From Camelus ferus (lineage: Eukaryota), in assembly GCF_009834535.1 (NCBI RefSeq), contig NC_045697.1, forward strand, positions 72,232,001-72,296,000: a stretch of DNA of 64,000 nucleotides, in the 5' to 3' direction. Below, piece by piece: positions 12,781 to 23,761 of this stretch. Numbering within the stretch: position 1 is the stretch's first letter; the number at the start of each line of letters is the position of its first letter. The notes beneath the pieces were generated by a model. The model was not told where the DNA came from and did not search any database. It was given only the letters and a program-made list of their open reading frames with translations. A program made the translations under genes and the position numbers.

Positions 12781-14711
12781 CAACTGCAGATAAGAGGAGA
12801 AAACAGCTGTAGGACGGCCTGCCAATCATGTCTGCTCCAACCACTGGGCATATGTGAACTGCCTCTGAGGATCCAGGAAATTTTACAAAAGCCATAATGA
12901 GTAACAATAACAGAATAAGAACAAGAGGTTTGTTCCCACACACATTATGAAACAGGAATGAGTACTAGTTCTCAACCAGAAATTTCCAGGATCCTGACAT
13001 CCCACTTCTAGGTTTCTAAGCTACTTTAGTGTTGTCTGTCACCCTTTGTACTCACTCACTGCTTATACACTGCGTGCTGTGGCACAAGCTGGTGCTCAAA
13101 AAATCCGTGCAAAAGCTGAGACCTGACCTAAAGAGTTCAGCTCTGTCATCGTTGCAAACTCTTTTTTGCATGGCAGGATCAGTAACCCACGTCTACGTAA
13201 AAAAAATAAAGAGAAAGAGACAGTTATAAAACATGACACAGTGATGTGAGGCCCTTACTTCTGCAAAGCCCACTTGTTATTCAGCCCCTATTCAAGGGCT
13301 CGAAGATGTCACGCAGGTAGCACTCCTCAGCTTTTGGTTACAAGTTCAGAGCCGAGCCTCGCTGCCCAGCTGGTCTTGTGCTTTTCCTTCCTTATGTCTC
13401 AATTACAGTGACAGTCTTATAACGCCTTTCTTAAGTGCAATTTTTTCTTTTATTATAAACTTACAAAAAAATTTTCCTGAAGTGTTTAACAAGATGGCCG
13501 TATCTAACGTTACTCCCAGTACCACTGTCACATTCACCTTAAAGGACTTGTCACTGAAATGGACTCATCTGTCTACTTGCATATTGTCTGCTTCCCCTAC
13601 AGTGAACAGTCCACGACAGCAGAGACTTGTCTGCCTTTTTCACTGCAACACCCCCAGAGACAAGGCCAAGTGCCTGCTCAGTGCTCCTTACTAAACGCCC
13701 AGTAAATGAATGAGTACGTTCTTAAACAGTCTTTAGAGTCAGAATATAAATGTGTCTCAAGACACTGGTTTGTTCTGTGACTTTGAGAGTTTGTATAACA
13801 TCACCCTGATTGACACTCTCCAGTGAGTCAGTCAGAAAACAGGACCTCTTCCCTTCACTTGGAAACACTACTAAATGCCTTTTCTCCGTCACCCTTCTAA
13901 TTTTATGCACTCATTGAATTGATGAGACCGCATTCACAGGTAGAACCTATGAATATTTTGAGATGCTTTGAATTTCCCACACAAACAACGCCTCCTTGTT
14001 TCTCTCCCTGAATCTTACCACACTGAACTGAATCCGATAGCAGCTTCAAATCTGAGAGCCAGAGGCAGCCCCAGAGGATAGCCTTCTGTCTCAGGTCTGA
14101 GTCACCTGAGGAATGCTTGGGCAACATCTCTGATTTCCCCTGCACTGCAGCTCACATTCATTCCAACAGAAAACAAAATCGTCCTACTTCCCAAAGTCAA
14201 GTAAGAAGAAAAAGACAAAGAGTTACAGCGAATGTGATTAAGAAAATTATCATATTTATTGTTGTCTTCATTCTTAAATGGGAAGATGCAATCCTGGGAA
14301 CTGAACGCTTATCTCACTCTCTGGAATGTGCTTTGCAACCACACAGCAGAAGGAAGTGATCCTGGTCGTTCCATTCTCTCTATTAATGTCTGCGTAACTA
14401 CTACCAGGAAAGCCTTCTCAGAAACCCAAAGCCAAGAGTAAGTACATCAGACTCCATGCCAGCAAATGCAGCAAAACACACCTACTAAAATGGTGGAAAT
14501 GCCTAACCTCAGTGCCACGCGCGAACTGTGCAAGGACGTTTTGCACATTACTATTCTCTTACAGAAACAATGTGTCTGCAGCACATTTCTCTCCTTTTAT
14601 AAAGAGCTGTCAGCATATATTTATATCCATTCATTAATTTATTCTTCCCTCACAAATTCATTTATTTCCAATACCTCTTCCCCCCACTTTAAAAAAAAAA
14701 AAAAGACATTT

Positions 14712-17251
14712 GGGATTTCCAGTCAAGACGGCAGAATAGTAGGACCATGAGCTCACCTCCTCTCACAATTACAACAAAACCACAATTGACTGCTGAACAA
14801 CCATCGAAAAAAGAGACTGGAACCTAGATAAAAGATCTTTTTCAACTGGAAACAAAGAGGGAACCACAGTGGACAGTAGGAGGGGCGTCCTCACCATATG
14901 ATTGGGCCCCATTACCCCCTAGGTGGGCAACCCACAAACTGGAGAATAATTAACTTGCAGAGGCCCTTCCACAGGAGTGAGAGACACTACAAAAAAAAAA
15001 TACATATACATATATATATATATACACACGCACGCACACACATATATATATTACAGGCCAATATCTTTGATGAATATAGACATAAAAATCCTCAAAATAT
15101 TTGCAAATCGAGTCCAACAAAACATAAAGAGGATCATACACTATGATCAAGTTGGATTCATTTCAGGGTACCAAATACGGTTCAGCACACACAAATCAAT
15201 GTGATACACCACATCAACAAAAGAAAAAAACCACACGGTCATGGCAGTAGACACAGAAAAAGCATTTGATAAAATTCAACATCCATTCACGATAAAAGCT
15301 TTTAATAGAGCGGGTACACAGGGAACATGCCTCAGCGTAATGAAAGCCGCCTATGACAAGCCCACAGCCAGCACAGCACGCGATGCTGAGGCTGAAAGCC
15401 CCCCTGCTGAGCCCGGAAACAAGGCAAGGGCGTCCGCTCTCAGCGCTGCTGTTCAGCACAGCATCGGGAGGCCTAGCCGCAGCGCGCAGGCAAGGAAACA
15501 AAAGGCTGAGGGTAGGGGAGTATATACGTGTGGGTGGGGAGGGCTATGTGCACACTCACTATTTTCTGCTCAATTCTGTTGTGAACCTGAAACTGCTCTA
15601 AAAGAATAAGGTCTATTCAAAAAAAAAAAAAAAAAAAGCAAGCAAGCTTAATGGGAAAAAAAAAAAAGGTATCCAAGCTGGAAGGGAAGAGGTAATGTTA
15701 TGGAAATGACAGGCCAGTCAAGAAACAAGCACCACTCGGAGGGTTGGAGTACTCAGATGTATTACGCCGGCGGGCTCAGAGGGGCTTCTGCTCCGAAGCT
15801 CTGAGCACCTCCAAGGCGTGCGCATGAGGTTTTACAGGGTAAAGTACAAGCTTGGGGTATTTGGCCAATAGGCATGGAACAGCTTTAGCAGCATTATCAC
15901 AAAAGTGGAGGCAGGGAGGCAGCAAACCAACATTTCAAATCCAGATATATCTCTTTGAAAATCCAGCTGGCTAGCAAAAAAAAAAAAAAAAAAAAAAAAA
16001 ATGAACAGGAAACTAACACTAATTAACTTACATTTACAAGTTAGTCCAGAACTCAGATCAGTATTTTGATACTTAGATTTGTGAGTTATCTTGTTAGCCC
16101 AGCCCAGCCTCTCCTTCACATTCCTAGACTTGTGAGTTATCTTGTTAGACCAGCCCGGTTTTTCTTTCACAGTAAAACTGTCATTATTTGCAGATGACAT
16201 GATACACTATATAGAGCACCCTAAAGTCTCCGCACAAAAACCATTAGAACTAATAAGTGAATTCAGCAAGGTAGCAGCACACAAGATGAATGTACTGAAA
16301 TCTGTTGCATTTCTTTACACTAAAAATGAAATATCAGAAAGAGAAGTAATATTAAAAAAATACCTAGGAATAAATTTAATCAAGGAGGGGAAAGACCTAC
16401 ACACTGAAAACTATAAAACATTGATAAAGGAAATTAAAGGTGACTCAAAGAAATGGAAATATATCCCTATGCTCTTGGATTAGAAGAATCAATATTGTTA
16501 AAATGGCCATACTACACAAAGCAATCTACAAATCTAATGCAACCCCTATCAAGATACCCATGATATTTTTCCCAGAACTAGAATAATCCTAAAATTTATA
16601 TGGAACCACAAAAGGCCCAGAATTGCCAAAGCAGTCCTGAGGAAAAAGAACAAAGCTAGAGGCATAACCCACTCCCTGCTCCACTCCAGACTTCCGACAA
16701 CACTACAGAGCTACAGTAATTAAAACAGTGTGGTATTGGCACAAAAAAAGACATATGGACCAATGGAACAGAATAGAGAGCCCAGAAATAAATCCAGACT
16801 CACGGTCAATTAATCTTTGACAAAGGAGACAAGAATAGACAACGGAGAAAAGACAGTCTCTTCAGCAAGTGCTGTTGGGAAAACTGGACAGGTGCATGTC
16901 AATCAGTGAATTTAGAGCACTCCCTCACTCCATACACAAAAATAAACTCAAAATGCCTTAAAGACTTAAACATAAGACAAGACACTAAACCTCCTAGAAG
17001 AAAACATAGGCAAAACATTTTCTGACATAAATCTTAGCAACGTTCTCCTAGGGCAGTCTACCCAAGTGATAGAAATAAAAGCAAAAATAAACAAATGGGA
17101 CCTAATTAAACTTATGATAACTTAGGGAATTATATTCAATATCTTATAACAATCTATAATGGAAAATAATCTGAAACATATATAATTGACTCACCTTGCA
17201 GTACACCTGAGACTAACACAATATTGTATTAACTACATTTCAATTTAAAAG
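14712..17251 (+). mobile_element. Internally deleted L1 with 5' end and 3' end, bounded by a 13-bp TSD, containing nested inserts
   Basis: TSD AAAAAAGACATTT at 14699-14711 and 17252-17264. The 5' UTR start resembles the L1 at 23762. ORF2 RT pieces are present ([34 protein letters not shown]), then the 3' UTR end. Confidence 0.9.
15696..16171 (-). mobile_element. ERV1/gammaretrovirus-type solo LTR (476 bp)
   Basis: TG...CA termini and an exact 4-bp TSD GTAA (15692-15695 and 16172-16175) that splits the L1 sequence gaagag-gtaa-aactg. On -, it starts TGTGAAAGA and has a CCAAT box, TATA-like TGTAAAA and polyA-like AATACA. Confidence 0.88.
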
Positions 17252-17329
17252 AAAAAAGACATTTCCCTTTATTTGCTTCATTTTCACTCGTTTCATGACT
17301 TTGTGATGATTATGATGTTAGAAAGGTAC

Positions 17330-17780
17330 AATCACTATTTACTTAGCATTTATTTTGTTCAAAACTTTTTATTTTTAATATTTACAACTACCTTTGAAGT
17401 TTAGAGATTACTAGCTCCATTTTACAGATGAGAAAAGTCAAGTCCAAATGATCATGGGGTTGCCCAAGGTCACACAGCCAATAAACCTCAGAACTTGGAT
17501 TTCGATTCACGTCAGTGTGGCAGGAAGCCCGCCCTCTCCTGGATGAGAGGGTCACACCCCAGCATGGCGGCTCTATTTACAGAGCCTTCACGAAGTGCCA
17601 GCACTGGGCCCAGCCCTCTAGCCAAATTTTTTTTATTATTCAAAACACACTGACAAGGTGAGTGTAATTATTCCCATTTTACCACAAGGGAACTGAACAT
17701 ATAAGTATCTTGATTAAGTTTACAGAGCTAGGAAGGGCAGAGTTGCAATGTAAATTTTGGCCATCAACTTCAAAGCCCAC
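17330..17780 (-). mobile_element. MIR fragments (other MIRs near 6340, 7360, 11640, 12350, 22480, 22950, 23530, 40350, 46200, 55250)
   Basis: Core motifs ccattttacagatgagaaa and ttgcccaaggtcacacagc. Confidence 0.7.
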
Positions 17781-18779
17781 CTCACAGGGCACCTGGCCCA
17801 GAAAATATTCTAGTTAATGGAGAGGAGAGTCCTCCCTGCCCCCCAGCAACAGTGCGACAGTAATATTTTCAACGGTGACAAAAAAGTGATAGAAGATTCT
17901 TAACTTGACAAATATTATAAGTTACATCCCTAAGTCCCAGTCCTTCATAAGCTTTTAGAACACATAAAACGAGGGAACTCTTAGACACTGAAAGAAAGGC
18001 CTGCATTGTCTGCATTTACTTTCTTTTTAGTCTCTGAACCATAGCAAAAAGTTTCTCAGTTTTAAAATGAAAACTATTATCTACTTAGTCTTGATTCTAA
18101 GCCAAACTCATTACCAGTCCCTTCCATAACTAGTTACCTAATTCTTCTTTGAGAAAACCCCTCAACTATTCCAGTCTAGATTCTTCAAACTTAGTTTATC
18201 AAGTAGACTAAAAACGTAATTAGAGCTAAATGGAAATTAATGCCCAGCATGGTACTGGGTACTGAGTACTGATGGAATGAGGAAATAAGCCACAGATGAA
18301 GCATCAAGTTGTTCATGCAATTTATATAATTTTAAAATTTTTATATAATTTCAAACTTACAGGAAATTTGCAAAAGCAGTACAAGATAAATTCCTACACA
18401 CCTGTACCCAAATTGGCTACTTACTAACATTTTGCCCCCTTTTATCATCAATGTAGTTTTATAAATGTGATGATGTATAGTAAAACAATTTAATAGCAAC
18501 TATAATCTATCAATATTTTTTAAATGGTTCAAACTCAAGCTAAAGGGAACACCACTTTGCTACAAGTCCAAACCTAACTACAGTCTTGAACTGCAAAGCT
18601 CACTGGATTCAACCAGATCTGAAGCCCATACATAATTATGGGTGATAATCTATGTCAGGACACCCAAAAGTTTCCAAAGTGACCACAGTGACATCGATTT
18701 CAGCATGAACTTAATTTTCAAAGGAGAATCACTAATGGCCTTTGAAAAAAGTTGTTATTGTTAAAACAATAACAGCATA

Positions 18780-18785
18780 TTTATT
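18780..18785 (-). terminator. Probable MANBA polyadenylation signal
   Basis: TTTATT on + (AATAAA on -) about 590 nt downstream of the MANBA stop. It is the first canonical hexamer I saw after the stop. Confidence 0.65.
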
Positions 18786-19374
18786 TTTAAAAAACTCACA
18801 AATGAAAAAGACTCCTAACCAAAAAGTAACTGAATGGTAATAATCAACCTCCCCTCCCCCCCGACTTTCCAGCAACAATCAATATAGCTACCACCCAGAA
18901 ATCTCGTTCTGTTGTGACATCTGAACCTCCATTTCCTTTGGAAATAACAACAAAGCAGTTTCTTTTTGATTATTTGGTATTTCTCAAAGCTAACTACAAG
19001 ACCTCACAACCCTCCACGTTTGATGCCACAGATATTGCAATGGTCATGTACCTGTGATTTCCCTTAAAGGGCTGAGTGTGTATAGGAACTCCTCTTGGGG
19101 GTAGGAGAAGCTGTGGAGTTATAACTGGTTCATGTGGTGCAAAAACTGTCAGGGGAAGGCCTAAAACCACAGCACTGGTGCAGACTGGCCCACACCTAGG
19201 CGCAGCCTTGTGGGAGGACATCACCCGAGTACGCTGCCTTCCCTGGGAGAACACACTGTACCAACTCTTCCCTGAGTGTCTCGTCAGACGCCTGGCAGCA
19301 GGCGGACATGTTTCCTGGCTTCTTCAACCCGATTCTGGTTGCCTTCAGCTCCCGAAAACACAACCTGGATTCCC

Positions 19375-19599
19375 TCAGTAAATATCGGTGAGCGAAGTCA
19401 CATGAAAAGATTGCTCCAGTTCACTCTTGCTGGTGGGTTCCCAAGGGTAAAATAATACTGTCCGTGTCTTCTCGGTCAGGAGGAAACCATTGTCACTGAA
19501 TCTCCCCGCGATGCTCCCTACATCCAACCACACAAAGGGAGCGACTGCCGAGGTTGCCAGGTCAAAAACAAAAGTGTCCTTTCGCTGAGAGATGACGGC
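19375..19599 (-). CDS. MANBA: Beta-mannosidase last coding exon (exon 17, 225 bp)
   Basis: Acceptor ttttctttcAG. Translates [77 protein letters not shown]. Confidence 0.97.
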   Translation of the reverse strand, partial: AVISQRKDTFVFDLATSAVAPFVWLDVGSIAGRFSDNGFLLTEKTRTVLFYPWEPTSKSELEQSFHVTSLTDIY

Positions 19600-20321
19600 C
19601 TGAAAGAAAAAGATAGGTGAAGTGGAGGAGGGCAGAGCTCCCAGTGCTACATGCAGCCCCAAGCAGAGCAGCCATGTGGCCAGATGAGGAATGCATCTCC
19701 TACAGCTCTGGTTCTGCAACGGCTGATCACATATCCCACGCACCGGGTCATATACTGAAAAAAAGTATGTGGACACTGATTTAAGGTTGTGGAAAATTAC
19801 CAAACTGTAATCTCAAAGCAAGGGTGGAAATATGCAGTCCCCAATTATTAAGGAGAATATTTCACAAGAAGCTCCAAGCTCTGTATCTTTTAGTTTTGTA
19901 TCTTTTCCTCAGGGTCTTATCAAGAGGGGCCCATTTTTGCCGGAGGGCCGGGCGGTTTAAGTGACTTTCTCAGGGTATGTCTGGAGCAGGTTGCAGAGCG
20001 CAGCCACAGAGTGCACGCACCTTCTGTTCTTCTGAGGAGACCCCGCAATCCCCACAGCAGGCGGCCAGGCACCTACAAACGCCTACCGCTAGAGCTTTGT
20101 CTCTTACTGCGTAATCGGCAAAGTCACAGCATTAGCGCTTTTAACACGTGTGAGTCCCACACGCTATCAGCCAAGGAGAGTGCAGTTTAAGTCTTGTCAT
20201 TAGTATACACAACTGGCCGAGAGTGAGGCAGAGCCACACCCTGGAGAGTGGGGGTTTGTGAGCCTTTCTCACTGTGAGAACACAGCTGAGTGGGGCCTGG
20301 TATTAAAGTGGCTGCATTTGT

Positions 20322-20413
20322 GGGAGAGGCGTAGCTCAGTGGTAGAGCACATGCTTAGCACGCACGAGGTACCGGGTTCAATCCCCAGCACCTCCATTTA
20401 AAAAAAAAAAAAA
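20322..20413 (+). mobile_element. tRNA-Ala-derived SINE (camelid vic-1-like, short form)
   Basis: A box TAGCTCAGTGG, B box GGTTCAATCC, ends CCA-TTT plus poly(A), with a degenerate TSD. Confidence 0.82.
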
Positions 20414-22071
20414 GCTGTGCATCTGTCACGAAACATGACTCTTCAACAGGCATACATGCCATAGTTTTGACATTGTAGGTTATATGTGACAAAGAATTTC
20501 CAAGGGCAATTGTTACTATATACAGCTTAGCCTTACACATCATGCAGGGTTCAGAGTTATGAATAAAACCTACTTTGACAGAAGCAGGAAAAAAAATGTA
20601 ATCAAGGGTCAGAGATGCAGGCTTGAAGCTGGATGTCAAATTCCCAAATCATGCCAGCCACCTAATCCAATGAAGCCCCTTCACAGCTGCAGGCACACAG
20701 CCATCCACCAAGGCTGCCGGGGGCCTCCGCTACTCTGTCCCAAGGCCAGGGCCACAAGGGTCACTGGCTCACTCTTGTGCTGCCTTCTTCTGATTGGAAA
20801 TCTCATCTCTGTGTATCTGACTGCAGAGCCCAGAGCTCAAGCTTGCACCCTAGTTTCAAGGGAGACAGGGAAAAACAAGTTCCCAGCACCCCCCGGGTAT
20901 ACCAACTCTGAGTGCCTCGCCCATGTTAAGCCTGCGATGATGTTAACCATCATGACTGTTATTACTACTGTTACTATATCCCTTTAGGAAAGGCAAAGCC
21001 TCATTAAAATCCAGATGAGGTAGGACAAAGGAAGAAGTCCTACTTCTCTCGCACCCTCCGTTGTCTCAAGTAAGGGAGGCCTAGGTAAAGAAAGAAAAAG
21101 ATTTCAAAGTCCGAAGTCTACAGTCTAGATGGTTCTGTGCTCTTTCCGGGACAGAAGCTATGTAAATGTACACGCAATTTCCTTCATAACTGCTCTGCAT
21201 CAGTTGTTACGGGTAGATTTCGTTAAGTGAAAATTTTCATTATTAATTGGGAAGGAATATACGATTTCAATTCAAGGGCTAAGATTTTATGGGATTATTT
21301 CTAAAGCAAATGTAAAAAAAATCCTCTCACTTAAGTCTTTTCAATGAAGTCAAAGTCTAAAACAAACTTAAAATTCATTAAAAATAGAGAATGAAACTTT
21401 CTAGAAAAATATTTTCAGTCACTACATGGCGGAGGGGAGGGAAGGAAGTTTCCAGTCTACTAGACAGACGCCAAATTCTCCGCCTGCACTGTTTTTGTAG
21501 CAGCATCCTATCCTGATCATCCCATTTTTTTCTTGGCAATGATAGAGATGTGGTGACTAAGCAACTGAGAAGCAATAAATCAAAGAGCAGCGTGAAAATT
21601 TTTTAAATTAATAGACTCTTAAAAAGCAAAATTAAGAGTTTCTACTGGGCTCCAATGTTTCCTGGCTACGGACTTTGAACACTTTACTCAGCCCCTCCAA
21701 ACAAGTTTGCTGACTCGTCAATACAGATGGTAACACCTTAGGGTTGATGCAGGACAGCCCCCAGGACAGAGCCTGGAAACCCACGGAGGAACCATCAGTG
21801 GTGATGACCCCGGCCGCCTCTCCCTTCACTGCACCAGCCTGACCAGGGAGGGGTGACGGGACAGCAGCACTGGCAGGAACCTTAAACTCGGACAAATGCT
21901 GAACTAGCAATAAAAATCACTTGGTCTTTCTTTCCAGTGGAAAGGGGCCAATCTTCCCCAGGTCAACTCGGTATCAAGGGGAAATTTTGCAAAAAGCAGG
22001 ATGCAGCGTGCTTGCCCCAGAAGTAGGACAGCCCCACAAGGCCACGGTGAGCCCAGACCACCAGTGCTTAC

Positions 22072-22329
22072 AGTGATGTGTGCCTTTTGGAGCCCCTCAG
22101 CCTCCTTCAGTGAGGACAGGAAGTGATGGTTGGTTGGACTCAAGGGTTTGCTGCCAGTTGACAGGTAAAAGGAAACCACGCAGCTTCGCCTTGTACAACT
22201 CCTACATCTTCTTAGCAACTCAGGCACTGGCTCCTTATAGATGAGAGCAGACCCCCCTGCTTTCATCACAAAAACCTTAGTGGTCTTAGAGCACACGGGC
22301 TCCAGAGAACTCCACGCGTGGACCCTCAC
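22072..22329 (-). CDS. MANBA: Beta-mannosidase exon 16 (258 bp)
   Basis: tctccccAG acceptor and GTAAGC donor. Translates [15 protein letters not shown]...[16 protein letters not shown]. Confidence 0.96.
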
Positions 22330-23184
22330 CTGGGGAGAAACAAGACAGAACAAAACCAAACACTTTTTTTTTAAGAGAATAAAAGCAGTAATAACAGATG
22401 AAAGTCAGAATCGCAGAACTGGTTAAGAGACTGAAACTTGGCTTTAACCTCAGCCCCAACAAGTACTAGTCATGTAACTAAGCAAGTTAATTCGACTTCT
22501 CTAAGTCTTCATTCTTCATGTGTAAAATTAGAAAAATAACTGCACTAACTTCACAGGCTGTTGTCAGAATTAAGTAAAATAATCTGTGGTAGGCACAGGA
22601 CCCGGTGCATTGTAATGAATCCATAACCTTGACCTAGTCTCAGTGTCCTCTGAACTGCAGCCACCCAAGCCTTCTTTGAGTTTCTATCCTTTTATCCTCT
22701 TTTTAAAACATTGTTTTAAATACAAGTTCATTTTCCCACCTATACATTCTGAATAATTTTACTGATTTCCACTTTAACCTACTGTTTTAAATGACTCTTT
22801 ACAAAGTTTAGGCTATTTCCAGCTTCTCCTGATTATAAATAGCCTTAGATTTAAATGGCATTTTGCAGTTTATAATTCACATTCATCTAATTATTTTATT
22901 TACTATTCATAGAAATCCTTTCAGAAAGCAGACTGATATCATTTTTACAGATGAGGAAACTGAACCAAGACATTAAAGTCATAGAATAAATTGCAGAATT
23001 TTGCCCTGAATATAGGTTTTCCGATGCCAAGGACAGCCCATTTTCTGCTATAGGCACTAGAAACATTGATACAAATTCATTTCTCTTTTCTTGTTTCCAA
23101 AACAAAAACAAAAACAAACCAAGTAACTAAAGAAATCTCAAATTCTCCCTCATTCATAGGGAGAAAATAATCCAGGCAACTTAC

Positions 23185-23327
23185 AGTGAGCGTCACGTTA
23201 CGGTCTGAGTGAAGGTCTGACACACCGTAGATGAAAAACACATCATTATTCTCAAAACCCACCGGCAACAGCGGAGCGAAGAAATGCCGAGCAAAGTAAT
23301 GAAGCATTTTCCACTTTCCTCCATATT
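23185..23327 (-). CDS. MANBA: Beta-mannosidase exon 15 (143 bp)
   Basis: ctcttcctAG acceptor and GTAAGT donor. Translates (E)[47 protein letters not shown]. Confidence 0.97.
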
Positions 23328-23761
23328 CTAGGAAGAGGTTAGGAGATGGGCAGAGTCAGGCAGTCAAAAGTCACCGTCCACATGGGCCAGCTGTGTGACT
23401 TGTCATAATTCTGGGCACCGAGCACAGGAGGGACAGCCTACAGCGGAGGGAACCCATGTTTGCAAGGAGCATTTTGGACATTACCTCATGTCAGCCTCAA
23501 TTTGGGTGAGGCGGGCAGGAACGTCTCACTTTTCAAATGAGGAAATGGAGGCTCACGCAGTTAAGTGAAATGCCACAGGCAGTATTTTGAGCCCAGACCT
23601 GACTCCTAGCTAGCACCTTCTCATATGCAATTCAGCTTCCAGGGGCCCAATGCACCCATGTTCCTTTTTCCTTTTTGTTAGAAGGAAATCAGCATTATGG
23701 GCAGCGAACATCTGTTACAAATATTCACTTGTAACAGTTACTCAGGAAAATTATTATTACA

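Noticed and set aside
20322..20396. Functional tRNA-Ala gene
   Set aside because: It has mismatches in the acceptor, anticodon and T stems, an encoded CCA, a poly(A) tail and a TSD, so it is a retroposed copy.
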